NCBI GenBank assembly: GCA_905178155.1
Contig: CAJINV010000002.1
Coordinates: 434,376 to 498,375 of the forward strand
DNA: 64,000 nucleotides
Reading direction: 5' to 3'
From: Amoebophrya sp. A120
Taxonomy: Eukaryota > Protista > Dinoflagellata
The translations under genes and the position numbers were made by a program. This document shows, one piece after another, positions 23,046 through 34,108 of the stretch. Numbering within the stretch: position 1 is the stretch's first letter; each line of letters starts with the position of its first letter. The notes under the pieces were generated by a model. It saw nothing but the letters and a program-made list of their open reading frames with translations. It searched no databases and was not told where the DNA came from.

Positions 23046-24275
23046 TTTGCATTCTCCTCTTCGACTTCTTCCTACAAATAACTACTACACTACAAGCTAC
23101 AGTACGAGTTTTAGTTTTCCCTATCGTGTTGACCACATCACGAGCTAGTGTAAGTAACTATGTATGATACGCCGAAGAAGAAGCCCCGTGCTGCCCACTT
23201 GGAAGAGGACGAGGAGCGCCTTGGCAGCTTCATTTACATATCGCTACTTGCACAACGTCATGATGTTTGTACCTACACGGATGATGAAAAAGTCAAGAAG
23301 AAGAGGTAAATTGAGCAATTTATTGCATCAAAGCGAATGCAAAGCCGAAATCTTGTACTAATATTAATTCTGTGTGGTGCAAAATTATAGTAGCTACCTC
23401 TGGATAAGCACAAAAACGTAAAATATTCCAGCTGTTCGTGCTCCCTGCTTGTTCTATCAAAAGCCTATACAAGGTGTTTGATATGAGCCGAAATCGGTGT
23501 GTTTCTTGGCACGGGAAGACGAGGTCGTAGACGTGCTAGGAATGATCAACGCGAAAAACAAAATGAGAAGATGCATCGAAAGACCAATTTCATGTTGACA
23601 CGCTGCCTTGCGGATCTTCGCTCAAGATGATGCGAAACACAAAGAGCTTTAAACTTCTGATCTAGTTGTACTTCAAGACACGCTGCACGCTGCCTTTTCG
23701 GAACAAGTACAAGACGAAGTTGGAAACAGAAAAAATAATAAGTAAAAAACACACGAAAGCTTCGAAGCAGCTGCCGCACGGGGTAGCAGTACTTGTGAAC
23801 AAGAAGAATTTTTCTTTTAGTTTTACGCGATTAAATATACTTGCTGCCGGTGCGAAGAACACTTCAACTTCATCTTGTTTAGCAAGGCGGATGAACAAAT
23901 AGAACTGCTTTCAAAATACACAGGAGCTTCTGAAGATGATGAAGATCCTCGGTTTGTTGCAAGAAAGCTTTGCTCGACTTTTATCTGTGATGGCTGAAGC
24001 CTGCTCGGCAAGAATGGAAAAAAGAATTTTTGTAAAAATGGTGTTCGTCATAGTTGTACCACATCGATTTCACGCATCGATCGCACAGTTTGCTCGCACC
24101 AGTTTCTGCCTCAACTCCGTTTCTAAATTGTCGCAATTTTGGTCTTTCTCGAGTTTTTCTCTTTCCAACTTCTTCTCCCTTTCCAATTCGGAAATTCTCT
24201 CCCGTTCTTGTTTCTCCCGTGCTGTTTTCTCTTGCAGTTCCAACTGCTTTTTATACACTCGTCCCTTCTCCGCCT

Positions 24276-24420
24276 TATGAACTGCAAAAGTATCGTACTC
24301 GTATAAATGCATTACAAATTTACTCAGCATGAGAAGGAAAATTTGTAATGCTGATTTACCTTGAGAAAAAGATTTGTAATGCATGATTGCAGTACGAGTA
24401 CGATACTTTTGCACAGGATA
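24276..24420. mobile_element. Introner family B
   Basis: TSD CGCCT; empty site ctccgcctgaatttgc at ~12932 and ~22698. Confidence 0.93.
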
Positions 24421-24468
24421 CGCCTGAATTTGCAGTTCCAGCACTTGGCGTTGTAACAGCTCCCGCAG

Positions 24469-24622
24469 CATCCTGTGTAAAAGTATCGTACTCATTTCAT
24501 AGTAATTGCAGTCATGCATTACAATTTTTTTTGTGAAGCTAAATCCGCATTACAACTTTTATTTCTCATGCTGAGGAAATTTCTAATGCATTTATACGAG
24601 TACGATACTCTTGCAATGCATA
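24469..24622. mobile_element. Introner family B at a rearrangement junction
   Basis: CATCCTGTG...GCATA; flanks CGCAG/CTGGC do not match. Confidence 0.8.
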
Positions 24623-25801
24623 CTGGCCTTTTTGTCGCGATAAAGGCCGGTTCAGTTCTTGCGCTTGTTGTACTACCGCAGGGCCAATTTTTCCGTTGTC
24701 GTGCGAGGCGGGCGTGCTGTAGTTTATAGAAAAGAGTGCTGACTGGTGTGGTCATTCGCTTCTTCACTACATTAATACAGCTCTAGAAGTTGTACCAGTG
24801 CTGCTCAGTGGACGACTTGTTTCTGAAGCCAATTTATGCCCGCCTCAAGCAGCTATATCAAACTTGAAGGTACATATAATCTTGAAGCAAAATAACAGTA
24901 GCTGGCACCAAACTTTGTATCTATCTTTGAAGCAAAATAACAGTACATATAATGTGTGAAGCACCAAATAATTGAGGCTCAAAAGTGGTCCACCTAGAGA
25001 AGGCGGGTGTTGTCAAATGATTTTGCACTAATTCTGTGTGGTGCAAAATTATAGTAGCTACCTCTGGATAAGCACAAAAACGTAAAATATTCCAGCTGTT
25101 CGTGCTCCCTGCTTGTTCTATCAAAAGCCTATACAAGGTGTTTGATATGAGCCGAAATCGGTGTGTTTCTTGGCACGGGAAGACGAGGTCGTAGACGTGT
25201 TAGGAATGATCAACGCGAAAAACAAAATGAGAAGATGCATCGAAAGACCAATTTCATGTTGACACGCTGCCTTGCGGATCTTCGCTCAAGATGATGCGAA
25301 ACACAAAGAGCTTTAAACTTCTGATCTAGTTGTACTTCAAGACACGCTGCACGCTGCCTTTTCGGAACAAGTACAAGACGAAGTTGGAAACAGAAAAAAT
25401 AATAAGTAAAAAACACACGAAAGCTTCGAAGCAGCTGCCGCACGGGGTAGCAGTACTTGTGAACAAGAAGAATTTTTCTTTTACGCGATTTAAATATATT
25501 TTCTGCCGCCCGTGCGAAGAACACTTCAACTTCATCTTGTTTCTCAAGGCGGATGAACAAATAGCACTGCCTGAAAAACAGCACAGGAGCTTCTGAAGAT
25601 GATGAAGATTCTCGCTTTGTTGCAGACTCCGCGCGACTTTTATGTGTGATGGCTGAAGCCTGCTCGGCAAGAAACGGAAAAAAAAATTCGGTGATGGTGT
25701 TCATCATCGTTGCGCCACATCAAGTTCACGCATCAATGGCACAGTTTGCTCGCACCAGTTTCTGCTTCAACTCCATCTCCAAATTGTCGCAATTTTGGTT
25801 C

Positions 25802-25950
25802 TATGAACTGCAAAAGTATCGTACTCGTATAAACGCATGACAAATTCCCTCAGCATGAGAAATAAAATTTGTCATGCGGATTTACCTTCAGAAGAACATT
25901 TGTAATGCGCAAATGCAATTACTACGAGTACGATACTTTTGCACAGGATA
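25802..25950. mobile_element. Introner family B
   Basis: TSD GGTTC; same site as 12391-12546 in the paralogous copy. Confidence 0.92.
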
Positions 25951-25980
25951 GGTTCTCCAGTTTTTCTCTTTCCAACTTCT

Positions 25981-28900
25981 TCAGGCAGTTCCAGCACTTG
26001 GCGTTGTAACAGCTCCCGCAGCACCCCCAGATCCCGGTTGTTCTGCGTGCATCATCTTCTGCATATCAAATGTAAAAATGTCTGGGTCTGGAAGATTCTG
26101 AGATTTGTCATGCATGTTTTACATGACCCAGGATTGTGTGTGATGCATGCCCTACCATCACAGACTTTTAGAACCCTTCCTGATGCCTACTCCGCATGAC
26201 ATACGCCCTCCCCGCGTAGCACAAACTAGACTCCTCTTGCAGCTGGTCATGCAATACAGATTTTTTTAGAGTCCAAAGTTAGCATCACAAGTTCCATCCT
26301 CCCAGACCCAGACATTTTTACATTTGATACTGCATGTCGTCGTCCAAAATGGTCCCGTCATTCACGTGCGGCTCCGGTGTCCGGACGAATTCGTGTTCCC
26401 GCGGTGTGGTTGGCAGGGAGGAGATGATCTGCGAGTCTTCCTTTTCCTCATTTTCAATCCAATTCGCGACCTCCTCCGGCGTCGACGTCGCTAGGTCGTA
26501 GGGACCGCTGCCTGTCGTTGCTGCTGTCGCACCAGAGGACCCGCTGCCGCGGGGTATGGAAGCGGAAAGAAGAAGAACTGAGTGCACTGATTGGTCATGT
26601 GGGAGAGTAGGATAACGATACACAATTTCTAAATGCAATTTTCAGCAGCACGACAAGCGTTTTGCTTTATTTGATGCATTCAAAGGCAATTTCTGCAACA
26701 TCTTCACAAACAACAACTCCTCTTCCCACCCACGACCGAATTCATCTTCAAGTTTATTTTCTTCTGATACTGCTCCCAGCCGCAATCGGTTCTTGACACC
26801 TCGGATCCGGGCCGAATTTTCGCAAGCACAGCAACGTGCAGCCGTGAGCTGGTTTTCATTGATTTTGTTCTCCACCAGGAGGTCATGGTCATGCAAGACA
26901 AACGGATCTGGATTTATTGCAAATTTTGCATTACAAACAAACCCAAGCACCATAAACGTGTAAAATACTGATCGCCGTCGCCTTTTTCCCCGCATCCTCC
27001 TCCGGCAAAACGTGGTGCACGACGAAGTCCGAAAACTCCAAGCACTTTTGCAATGCCAACGGGCCCTTCAACCCCTCCTCGCAGCCCGCTTGAAACCGCC
27101 GCTTCGTCTCGACTTGGGTTGCGTGGAGATGTAAGTCGTGCAGCGTGTGGGTGAGCTTCTGCTTGCACAGGGGCAAGAAAGCGACGTCCATTTCCAACTC
27201 GAAATCGGGTTCGATTTCCACATCGGGGAAAGGAGAGAGGGGAAATGAGGTTGACCCACTCCCACCAGACACGACTGGTGCAGCTGGCGCTGGGACTTGT
27301 TTCTTGCTTTCTTCAGTGGCCGCATGCTGTTGTTTCGAGTCCAGCACTTTTTGTTGCTGTAAATGCGAAGATGAGGTAGTGGTAGTCTTGGTGTTTCCTG
27401 AACCCTTCTCATCAGCACCCTGGTTCAAAAAGACCACAGGTGCACCGGCAGGGGCAGCAGCAGCTGCGCCACCTGCAGTACTTGCCGTTTCGTTCAACAT
27501 CGCTGCAGATCCCGACCCGTACATGCCCTCTGCCCCGTTTCCCCAATCCGTCAACGTGGCCATTCCCAACACGTGTTGCAAGTGTCCGGTGAAGGTCTCG
27601 AGATAAAACGCCGGGTTGGAGTCAAATTCTTGGTGCACGGCGGTGATAATCTCCGGCGGCAACTCCGACCCGAACGCTTTCAAAGTCACGCCAGTGATGG
27701 AAGAGTCGTACGGGTAGTGGCCTTATCCTGTGCAAAATAAGTATCGCATCCGTACTGATTGCGTTTATGCATTCTTTCTTAAAAAGGCAAACCCGCATTA
27801 CAAATTCAATCTGGAGTGCTATAGTCAATTTGTGATGCAAGTTGCACTAGTACGATACTTTTGCAATGCATAGGCCTTGTGAAGGGCTGCTTCCACCTGG
27901 GTGCGAGAAAGCCGAACCCGGTCCGGAGCCGGCGTAGGTGTCGAAGTTATGGAGTTCTCAAACGTTACATTCTCAGCTGTTGCATGAATTTGTCATGCAA
28001 AACTACCATCATCATCCACAAGATCAAGCTGCTTCGCATGACAAATTTGCGAAAGGCTAAACACTACCTAAATCTGCGCGGGATTTGTAATGCAATTTTT
28101 GCAATCTTCCCCTTTTGGCTTTTGCCATTCTTGCATTACAAATTCATGTAACAGTTGAGAATGTAACGTTTGAGACTGCCATAGAAGTGCGGCACTGCTT
28201 CTGGTGTATGCGGTCCCTCGGTCCATTGCACGAAAAGTTTCTTTATCCTGTGCAGAAGTATCGTACTCGTAGTAATTGCATATATGCATTACAAGTCTCT
28301 TTCTCAAGTAGGTAAATCAGCATTACAAATTCAATGCAATGCTGGGGGTATTTGTAATGCAATTTATACTACTGCGATGCTTTTGCATTGCATATTCTTC
28401 TTGTTTTCTTTCTCCTTTTGCAGTAGTTCCTCGTTCTGCGTTTCAAACGCAGCTGAAAAGGAGAACTGCGTGCTGCCCGTCGGTATCCAGTCGTGCAAAT
28501 AATGTCTGGGTCTGGAAAGAAGAAGAACTTGTGATGCGGAAGTGTGAACGCCTGAAAGAAACAAATGTAACTGCAGCCAAGCATGACAAGTTTTCAACGC
28601 GGTTTCTATTCCTAGTGCACATTATGCGTTTTTGCATGACAAGAGAATCTACTGCACTCCTTTTGTTGGTCACGCAATACAGATTTTCCATGAGTGCCAG
28701 CAGACAAGCATGACAGCCTCCAGACTCTATTTCCAGACCAGGACATCATATTTGCAATCCATATTCGGACTCGAGGTCGACATCACTGCGGGTGCGGGTG
28801 TATCAAAAGTAAAAATGTCTGGGTCTGGAAGATTCTGAGACTTGTCATGCATGTTTTGCATTGGCCATGATGTCTGTGATGCATGCCCTAGCATCACAGA

Positions 28901-30329
28901 TTTTTTGAGGGCTTCGCGATGCCTATTCCGCATGACAAATTCCCCCTCCGCGTAGCAAAAATTGCATTCCCTTTGCTGCTCATGCAATACAGATTTTTTT
29001 GGAATCCAAATTCAGCATCACAAGTTGCATTCTTCCAGACCCAGACATTTTTACATTTGATAGGGTGGCTGCACAGCCGGCGCAGACGCTGTCGCTGGCG
29101 CGGGGGGCTCTGCGTCGTCGGATGCTGATGCTGCTGCGTCCGTTGGCTCCTCCGGTTCTTCTTCTTCCTCCTCCTCCTCTTCTTCCTCGGGATCTTGCTT
29201 GTTGCTCTTCTGTAATGAAGCCTTTCGTTTTCGTAGTTGTACCTTCCTATCACTGCTGGAGCTTGTCTTTCTAAACCGCTTGTTCATTTGGAGCAGCAGC
29301 GGTCCCACTGTTGGATTTTGACCCTCAGACGTTGATCCGGCACTAGTACCAGCCGGCACTGCGCCACTTCCCGCCGGCGCACTTCCGCTACCTGGCGCGC
29401 TGCCCAGCCGCTTCTCCGCGTGGGGAATGATGCCCTCTAACGCTTCCAATATGCTGTGCAAAAGCATCGTACTCGTATTGCAATCATGCATTACAAATCT
29501 TTCTCTTAAGGTAAATTCGCATTACAAATTTTATTTCTCATGCTGAGGAAATTTGTAATGCATTTATACGAATACGATACTTTTGCAGTTCATATCCAAA
29601 GTGCCCCGCTTCAACAGGATCGCCAATTCCTCGCGCGCGTTCTCGTATTCCGCGTAAAAACGATCCCAACATCCCAGGCTTGTCATGCAAATCCGCAAGG
29701 CTCAAGCTCATCAAATGTTTCTCATGCGTGGCCACGTTAGGGGCTTTTTCCAATGCCGTCTGGCAGGTTGTCATGCACGAATCAGGATGAGAAGGCGAAC
29801 ATGTGATGCGGCTGCACTTGTCAAAGAAGACTGGTAGTCCACTGCAATAAACCCAAACTTGTCATGCGCAACAGCCAAAGCGCATATAGATAGTTTGTGT
29901 AGCAACAAATCTCCCACCCTGACCCTGGGCAGCCGGGGACGTTTTTACTCAGGATATCTCGTGGCTGGGCTTGAGGAAATCGTGGTAGTTCAACCCGTCT
30001 AGCAGCAGCGTGAATTGCAACACCGGGATCTTCGGTGGATTTTTGTCATCCGGCTTACCGGGACTGCTCCCGGAGGAGAACGCGACGGGCGAAGGGGGCA
30101 GTGAGGACCCCGAACCGAGGCCAGGCACGGCCGGGGCCTGGTTGGTACTGCTTTTGTAGAAGGAAGCCCTCGACGTGTTTTCAACATGATTCCACTGCTT
30201 GAGCAGCTGCTTTTGCAGTTGCAGAGCGGCCACGAAGGGAAGATGAGCAGACGACAGGATTCGATGTGTTAGCAAGAACGAAAAAACACCAACGCCGGCC
30301 GCAAAGCGGCCGGGACGGGGCTTTCGCAT
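25981..30329 (-). CDS. Putative secreted protein of unknown function, introner-rich
   Basis: Hydrophobic N-terminus (MRKPRPGRFAAGVGVFSFLLTHRILSSA). In-frame joins such as SHE-NAREELAILLKRGTL-EALEG, ENKK-LFVQW, PHF-DTYAG and DDDMQ-KMMH...SAGTA*. Two short introns near 26620-26710 and 26915-26970 are unresolved. Confidence 0.7.
26064..26329. mobile_element. Introner family A
   Basis: TSD CTGCA. Confidence 0.92.
27724..27872. mobile_element. Introner family B
   Basis: TSD GGCCT. Confidence 0.92.
27948..28183. mobile_element. Introner family E (TIR core TCTCAAACGTTACA)
   Basis: TSD GAAGT; long TIR. Confidence 0.9.
28244..28394. mobile_element. Introner family B
   Basis: TSD TTCTT. Confidence 0.92.
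28484..28763. mobile_element. Introner family A (diverged)
   Basis: TSD GTCGG/TTCGG. Confidence 0.85.
28801..29062. mobile_element. Introner family A
   Basis: TSD GGGTG; very similar to 2946-3212. Confidence 0.93.
29450..29594. mobile_element. Introner family B
   Basis: TSD TCCAA. Confidence 0.92.
29646..29956. mobile_element. Introner family D (TIR TATCCTGAGTAAAAACGTCCCC)
   Basis: TSD TCTCG. Confidence 0.9.
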
Positions 30330-30809
30330 CGTTCTTTTCCTATCACAGATGTAGTGACCTTGTGTAGGAGAAACTTCTAATTCTGCTCAGCGTGGTTTCT
30401 TTGTTTCTTGCAAGAATTATTCTCACGTTGAGGACCGCCATTCACTCTTTTGCCTTGTTTTCCCATCCACCTCGCGCTCATGGAACCTGTTCAGATCTTT
30501 TTTCACCACTAGATTGATTAGTGTTGGATACGAGACGAGGGAGCCAGCTGCAAGTAAAAACTTTACAACTTGATCGCAGTCGCCGCGCCCGGGTTGTTCT
30601 TTTCCGTGATAATTAACTATTGTGGCCAGTCTGCTTGAAGATGCTACATTCATAGTGCTGATCTCCAAAACCGATCTCAGTCTACTCGTTCCGCGAACAA
30701 CATCTCTTACCTCGCGAAACGAGAGCGCAGTCCCCCGTCCAAACGGCGTCGGAGCGCTGCTTCCTGTAACGCGATCGATGCCAAGCGCATTGGCGAATTG
30801 TTTTCCACA

Positions 30810-31920
30810 CTCCCGGGCCGCCCGGGAGACAGGATAATGGGATCAGAGTGCGTGGGCCCACTGTCCAGCAGGCTGGGCACGCACAACGACCGCCCGCGTG
30901 CACGCACTGCACAGGCAACCAAGGGGGCGGCCACCAAAAATAACGAGAACAAACTGGCGGGCGCGCGCGGCGCGCCATTTGCATGCAGCCAACCAGCGAG
31001 GGGGCTTGCTGGCGCCAATAAGGGCGGCGCCGGGACTCCCCCGACCCCCCACTCACCTCCCCCCGCGCCCGGTGGCCAGGCGATGTCACTTGCCGGCCAC
31101 CGGCCGAGCGCGCGCCGGGGGCGAGAAGGCGGGTGGGCGGTGATGTGCCTATCAATTTATTTTTCCCCTGCCCCCCCGTCGGTCGGGCGGCTGGTCCGGC
31201 CGCACCGCCCAAAGAATGAAGCCTAGCGGGGGAGGCCCACCCACCGGACGGGCGGCCCGGCGCGATAGCGATAGGGCGGGCCCACCGCGAGGGATTGCGG
31301 GCCACGCGGCGGCAACTATCCAGGAACGGAGGGAGCAGGCGCGTGCCAGCGGGCACGCACACAGATACGCAAAAAGGCGGGGCCCCGGCGCCTTCGGAGA
31401 ACTTAAACGGGGGCCGGCGGTGTTCTTCCTGGTATCGTCGTCTAAGATCGCACCGGCCTGCCCCCTGGCTGCCTTCATCGAACAGGCCCGCGACAATGCG
31501 CGCCAAGTTCCCACCCACCCAGTCGCCAACCCGAAGCCCCTTCGTCTGCTCCTTCATCTGCCCCCGCTCGATCTACTTACGCAACAGGCGGGCCCCCCTC
31601 GCCCGGCCTGCCGAAAATACACAGGCAAAGCGCGCGGCGCGCGCGCACGCCACGGCCGGCGGGCCTTCTATTCTTGCCCAAGAGGCGGGGCGTCGCACCT
31701 GCGGGGCGCGCGCCAACACTCACAAGGCCGCCACAATGGACGGCGGCGCCCTACCATAACGGAAACAGGGCGGCGCCCTCGGTGCCTGCAGCAGAATACC
31801 GGCCCAAAAATTGGGCACGCTCCCCCGGGCGACGCGTCCAACGCGCGACCGCATAGGGCACGGACAAGCAGGCGCGCGCGCTGCTGGGCACCGGCCGCGC
31901 GCACTCTTCATGCCGCCGAA
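30810..31920. other. GC-rich intergenic island 2
   Basis: Same compositional signature as island 1; overlapping R/A/P/G-rich ORFs on both strands. Confidence 0.7.
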
Positions 31921-34108
31921 GCCTTTGCAGGCTTCTCCAATTTGCTGCGGTCCGTCTGATATCGTGGTGGGCAATAATACTTTACGAAAACAAGTAGAGC
32001 GTCAGTTATTTTCAGTTTCTTTGATGTGATTGTGCGGTGCAACAACGTATGCACAGGACACGGCAAGACCAGCAACAAACAGCCGCCGCTGCAAGACGTT
32101 CTCCGGCAGATGGTGAAGCGTCCGATCTCGAACACAGTTTAATCCAGCAGACGGACGTCCGTCTCGAGTTTTTGAGAACCGAGAGGGCGGAATCTTCATC
32201 ACTATTTCTGTCTTGAGGGGTAATCGATTCGTAGGCACGTCCTGTTGCGTGCTTACTCGACGCGCGAGTTAGCATTTCTCCCCGACATCAAATGTTTTTG
32301 AGCAAGACGACGATGATCCTTTTCTGAATGATGAGCGGCGCTGTAAGAAATAAATCAATTTATGGCATCACATGACTTGCTGCCCAAGACTAAGAAATAA
32401 TGAGCAAAAGCCGCGTACTAGAGGAATAAACGCGGGCATATTTTTTCTTCAACTTCTTATTCTTCCGCAGCTTCACAGATCCATAAAAAAATTCAAGTTC
32501 ACCCACAACGATGAATAAACTACTCATCTTCATAAGCTCCGCAGATCACAATTACAATTTACAATTGCAATTTATTCACGAGAAGATCTCGCGAGACTAC
32601 AACCCTATTGGTTCAACAGAGGAGTCAAAGTGAGAGGAGACTCATTCTTTCAGTCCTCGCGCGCGCAGGGACTAACTGCGCGAGGCTCAACGTTTCAGCG
32701 CCCTGACTCCGGGGTCGCTACCGGAGTGAACTGCTTCTTCAGATCCCGACCAAGTAGCTGTGCGTTGTGCGCTCGGCCAGGCGCGGGGTCGAGAAGGCCG
32801 TCGTTATCGCAGTTTCGTGTTACTACTGCGGCCCCTCGCGGGCCTCTCGCGCGCGTCTCTGCGCCCGGATCCTGGCAACGTCCTCCCAGGGGTCGACCCG
32901 CAGTGCGGCGCGGACCTCTTCGGCCGCTTCAACCGCTTCGTCTGCTGTCGCGTGTAGTTCCGGGTCGATGACGCGGGTCAGCGGGAGGATGTTCTCGGCG
33001 CGCATCATGCCTGACGGAGGATGTTCTCGGCGTGTGGAATAAATAGGCGGTCTTTTCCGAAAGTAAAAAATGTTTGGCTGGGGTCGACATGTTTCACCCC
33101 CTCTTCTCGACGATGCAAAAATAGCAGAAGAGGTACAAATACTTATCCGCGACACCACCACTTCTATTGCGCTTACTTGTAGTAGTTTCTCCTGCTTTTC
33201 TTGCAACGAGAGCGAGTTTTTGTCGGAGCCCGAGATGTAGTAGGACCGCCTAATAGTAATAAAACTAATTCTACACTTTCGAACGCGTTTTTCTTTTTGT
33301 TTTTGATTTTCATTCTGTTCTTTTTTTTTGTTGTACTCGGGATTTTATGGGAGATTTGTATACTACTCTTACTTTACTGGGAGGGGAATTGCGATTGCTA
33401 CGTGTGACTTCTTCGTAGTCCAACATGACAACTTTAACTTTTACAACACTTTGCTTTTGTACTTCGACTTCGTAAAATTGGAATAATGTTGTAAAATTTC
33501 TTCGTAAAATTGATTTGAAAGCGGAGGGCGACTTTGCTTTGTTCATGCGATGCGACCAATAAATTTAAATTGATGAAGGCAGAGAATAATAATTACCACC
33601 ACTGGACTTGGTTCTACTTCTATCCCCACCTGCTAGTTGTTCCGAGCAACTAGTACAACCCGTACGTCGCTACAAGAACTGACAGGGGTTCTCAATGTGT
33701 GCTAATGGGGCACAGAATCCAGTAGGGTTTTCCCCGAAACTCTCAACGCTAGAATGGATTCGATTTTCAATAAATTCTACTTCAACTACTATGATCATGC
33801 TGCGGTGTTGTACTTGTAATTGTATGCGCTATGTATCTAGGAGTATATCTTCATCTTGCCTTTTTCTTCACTGTTGCTCGAAGATGTCACTTCTTGCGAT
33901 GTTTCGCATATCACGTACAGAGCAGTAAGCTTGTTTCGTACGACTTTATTTCATCCACTCCAGCCCTGGGCATTTCGTCCCCGTTCTCACCCGGCTTAAG
34001 CGAAAAACATCGTCGTCTCCATTTATTACGGCATAGCGAACACTTTGTTCTCGTTCAGCTTCAGGCAGGTGTTGTTGTTCTCAAGGCCGACTACTTATCT
34101 TGATCTTG

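Larger units (their letters stand above)
22263..25980 (-). pseudogene. Mosaic of duplicated 3' fragments of two neighbouring genes
   Basis: Repeated blocks from the coiled-coil gene tail and its downstream region, interleaved with the GAVTTPSAGTA-coding block of the 25981-30329 gene (~22317, ~24431, ~25985). Confidence 0.7.

Noticed and set aside
32823-33206. 127-aa ORF with coding-like composition (…RAENILPLTRVIDPELH…)
   Set aside because: No clear start, splice partner or domain; contains a short internal duplication; may be a gene remnant but is unsupported.
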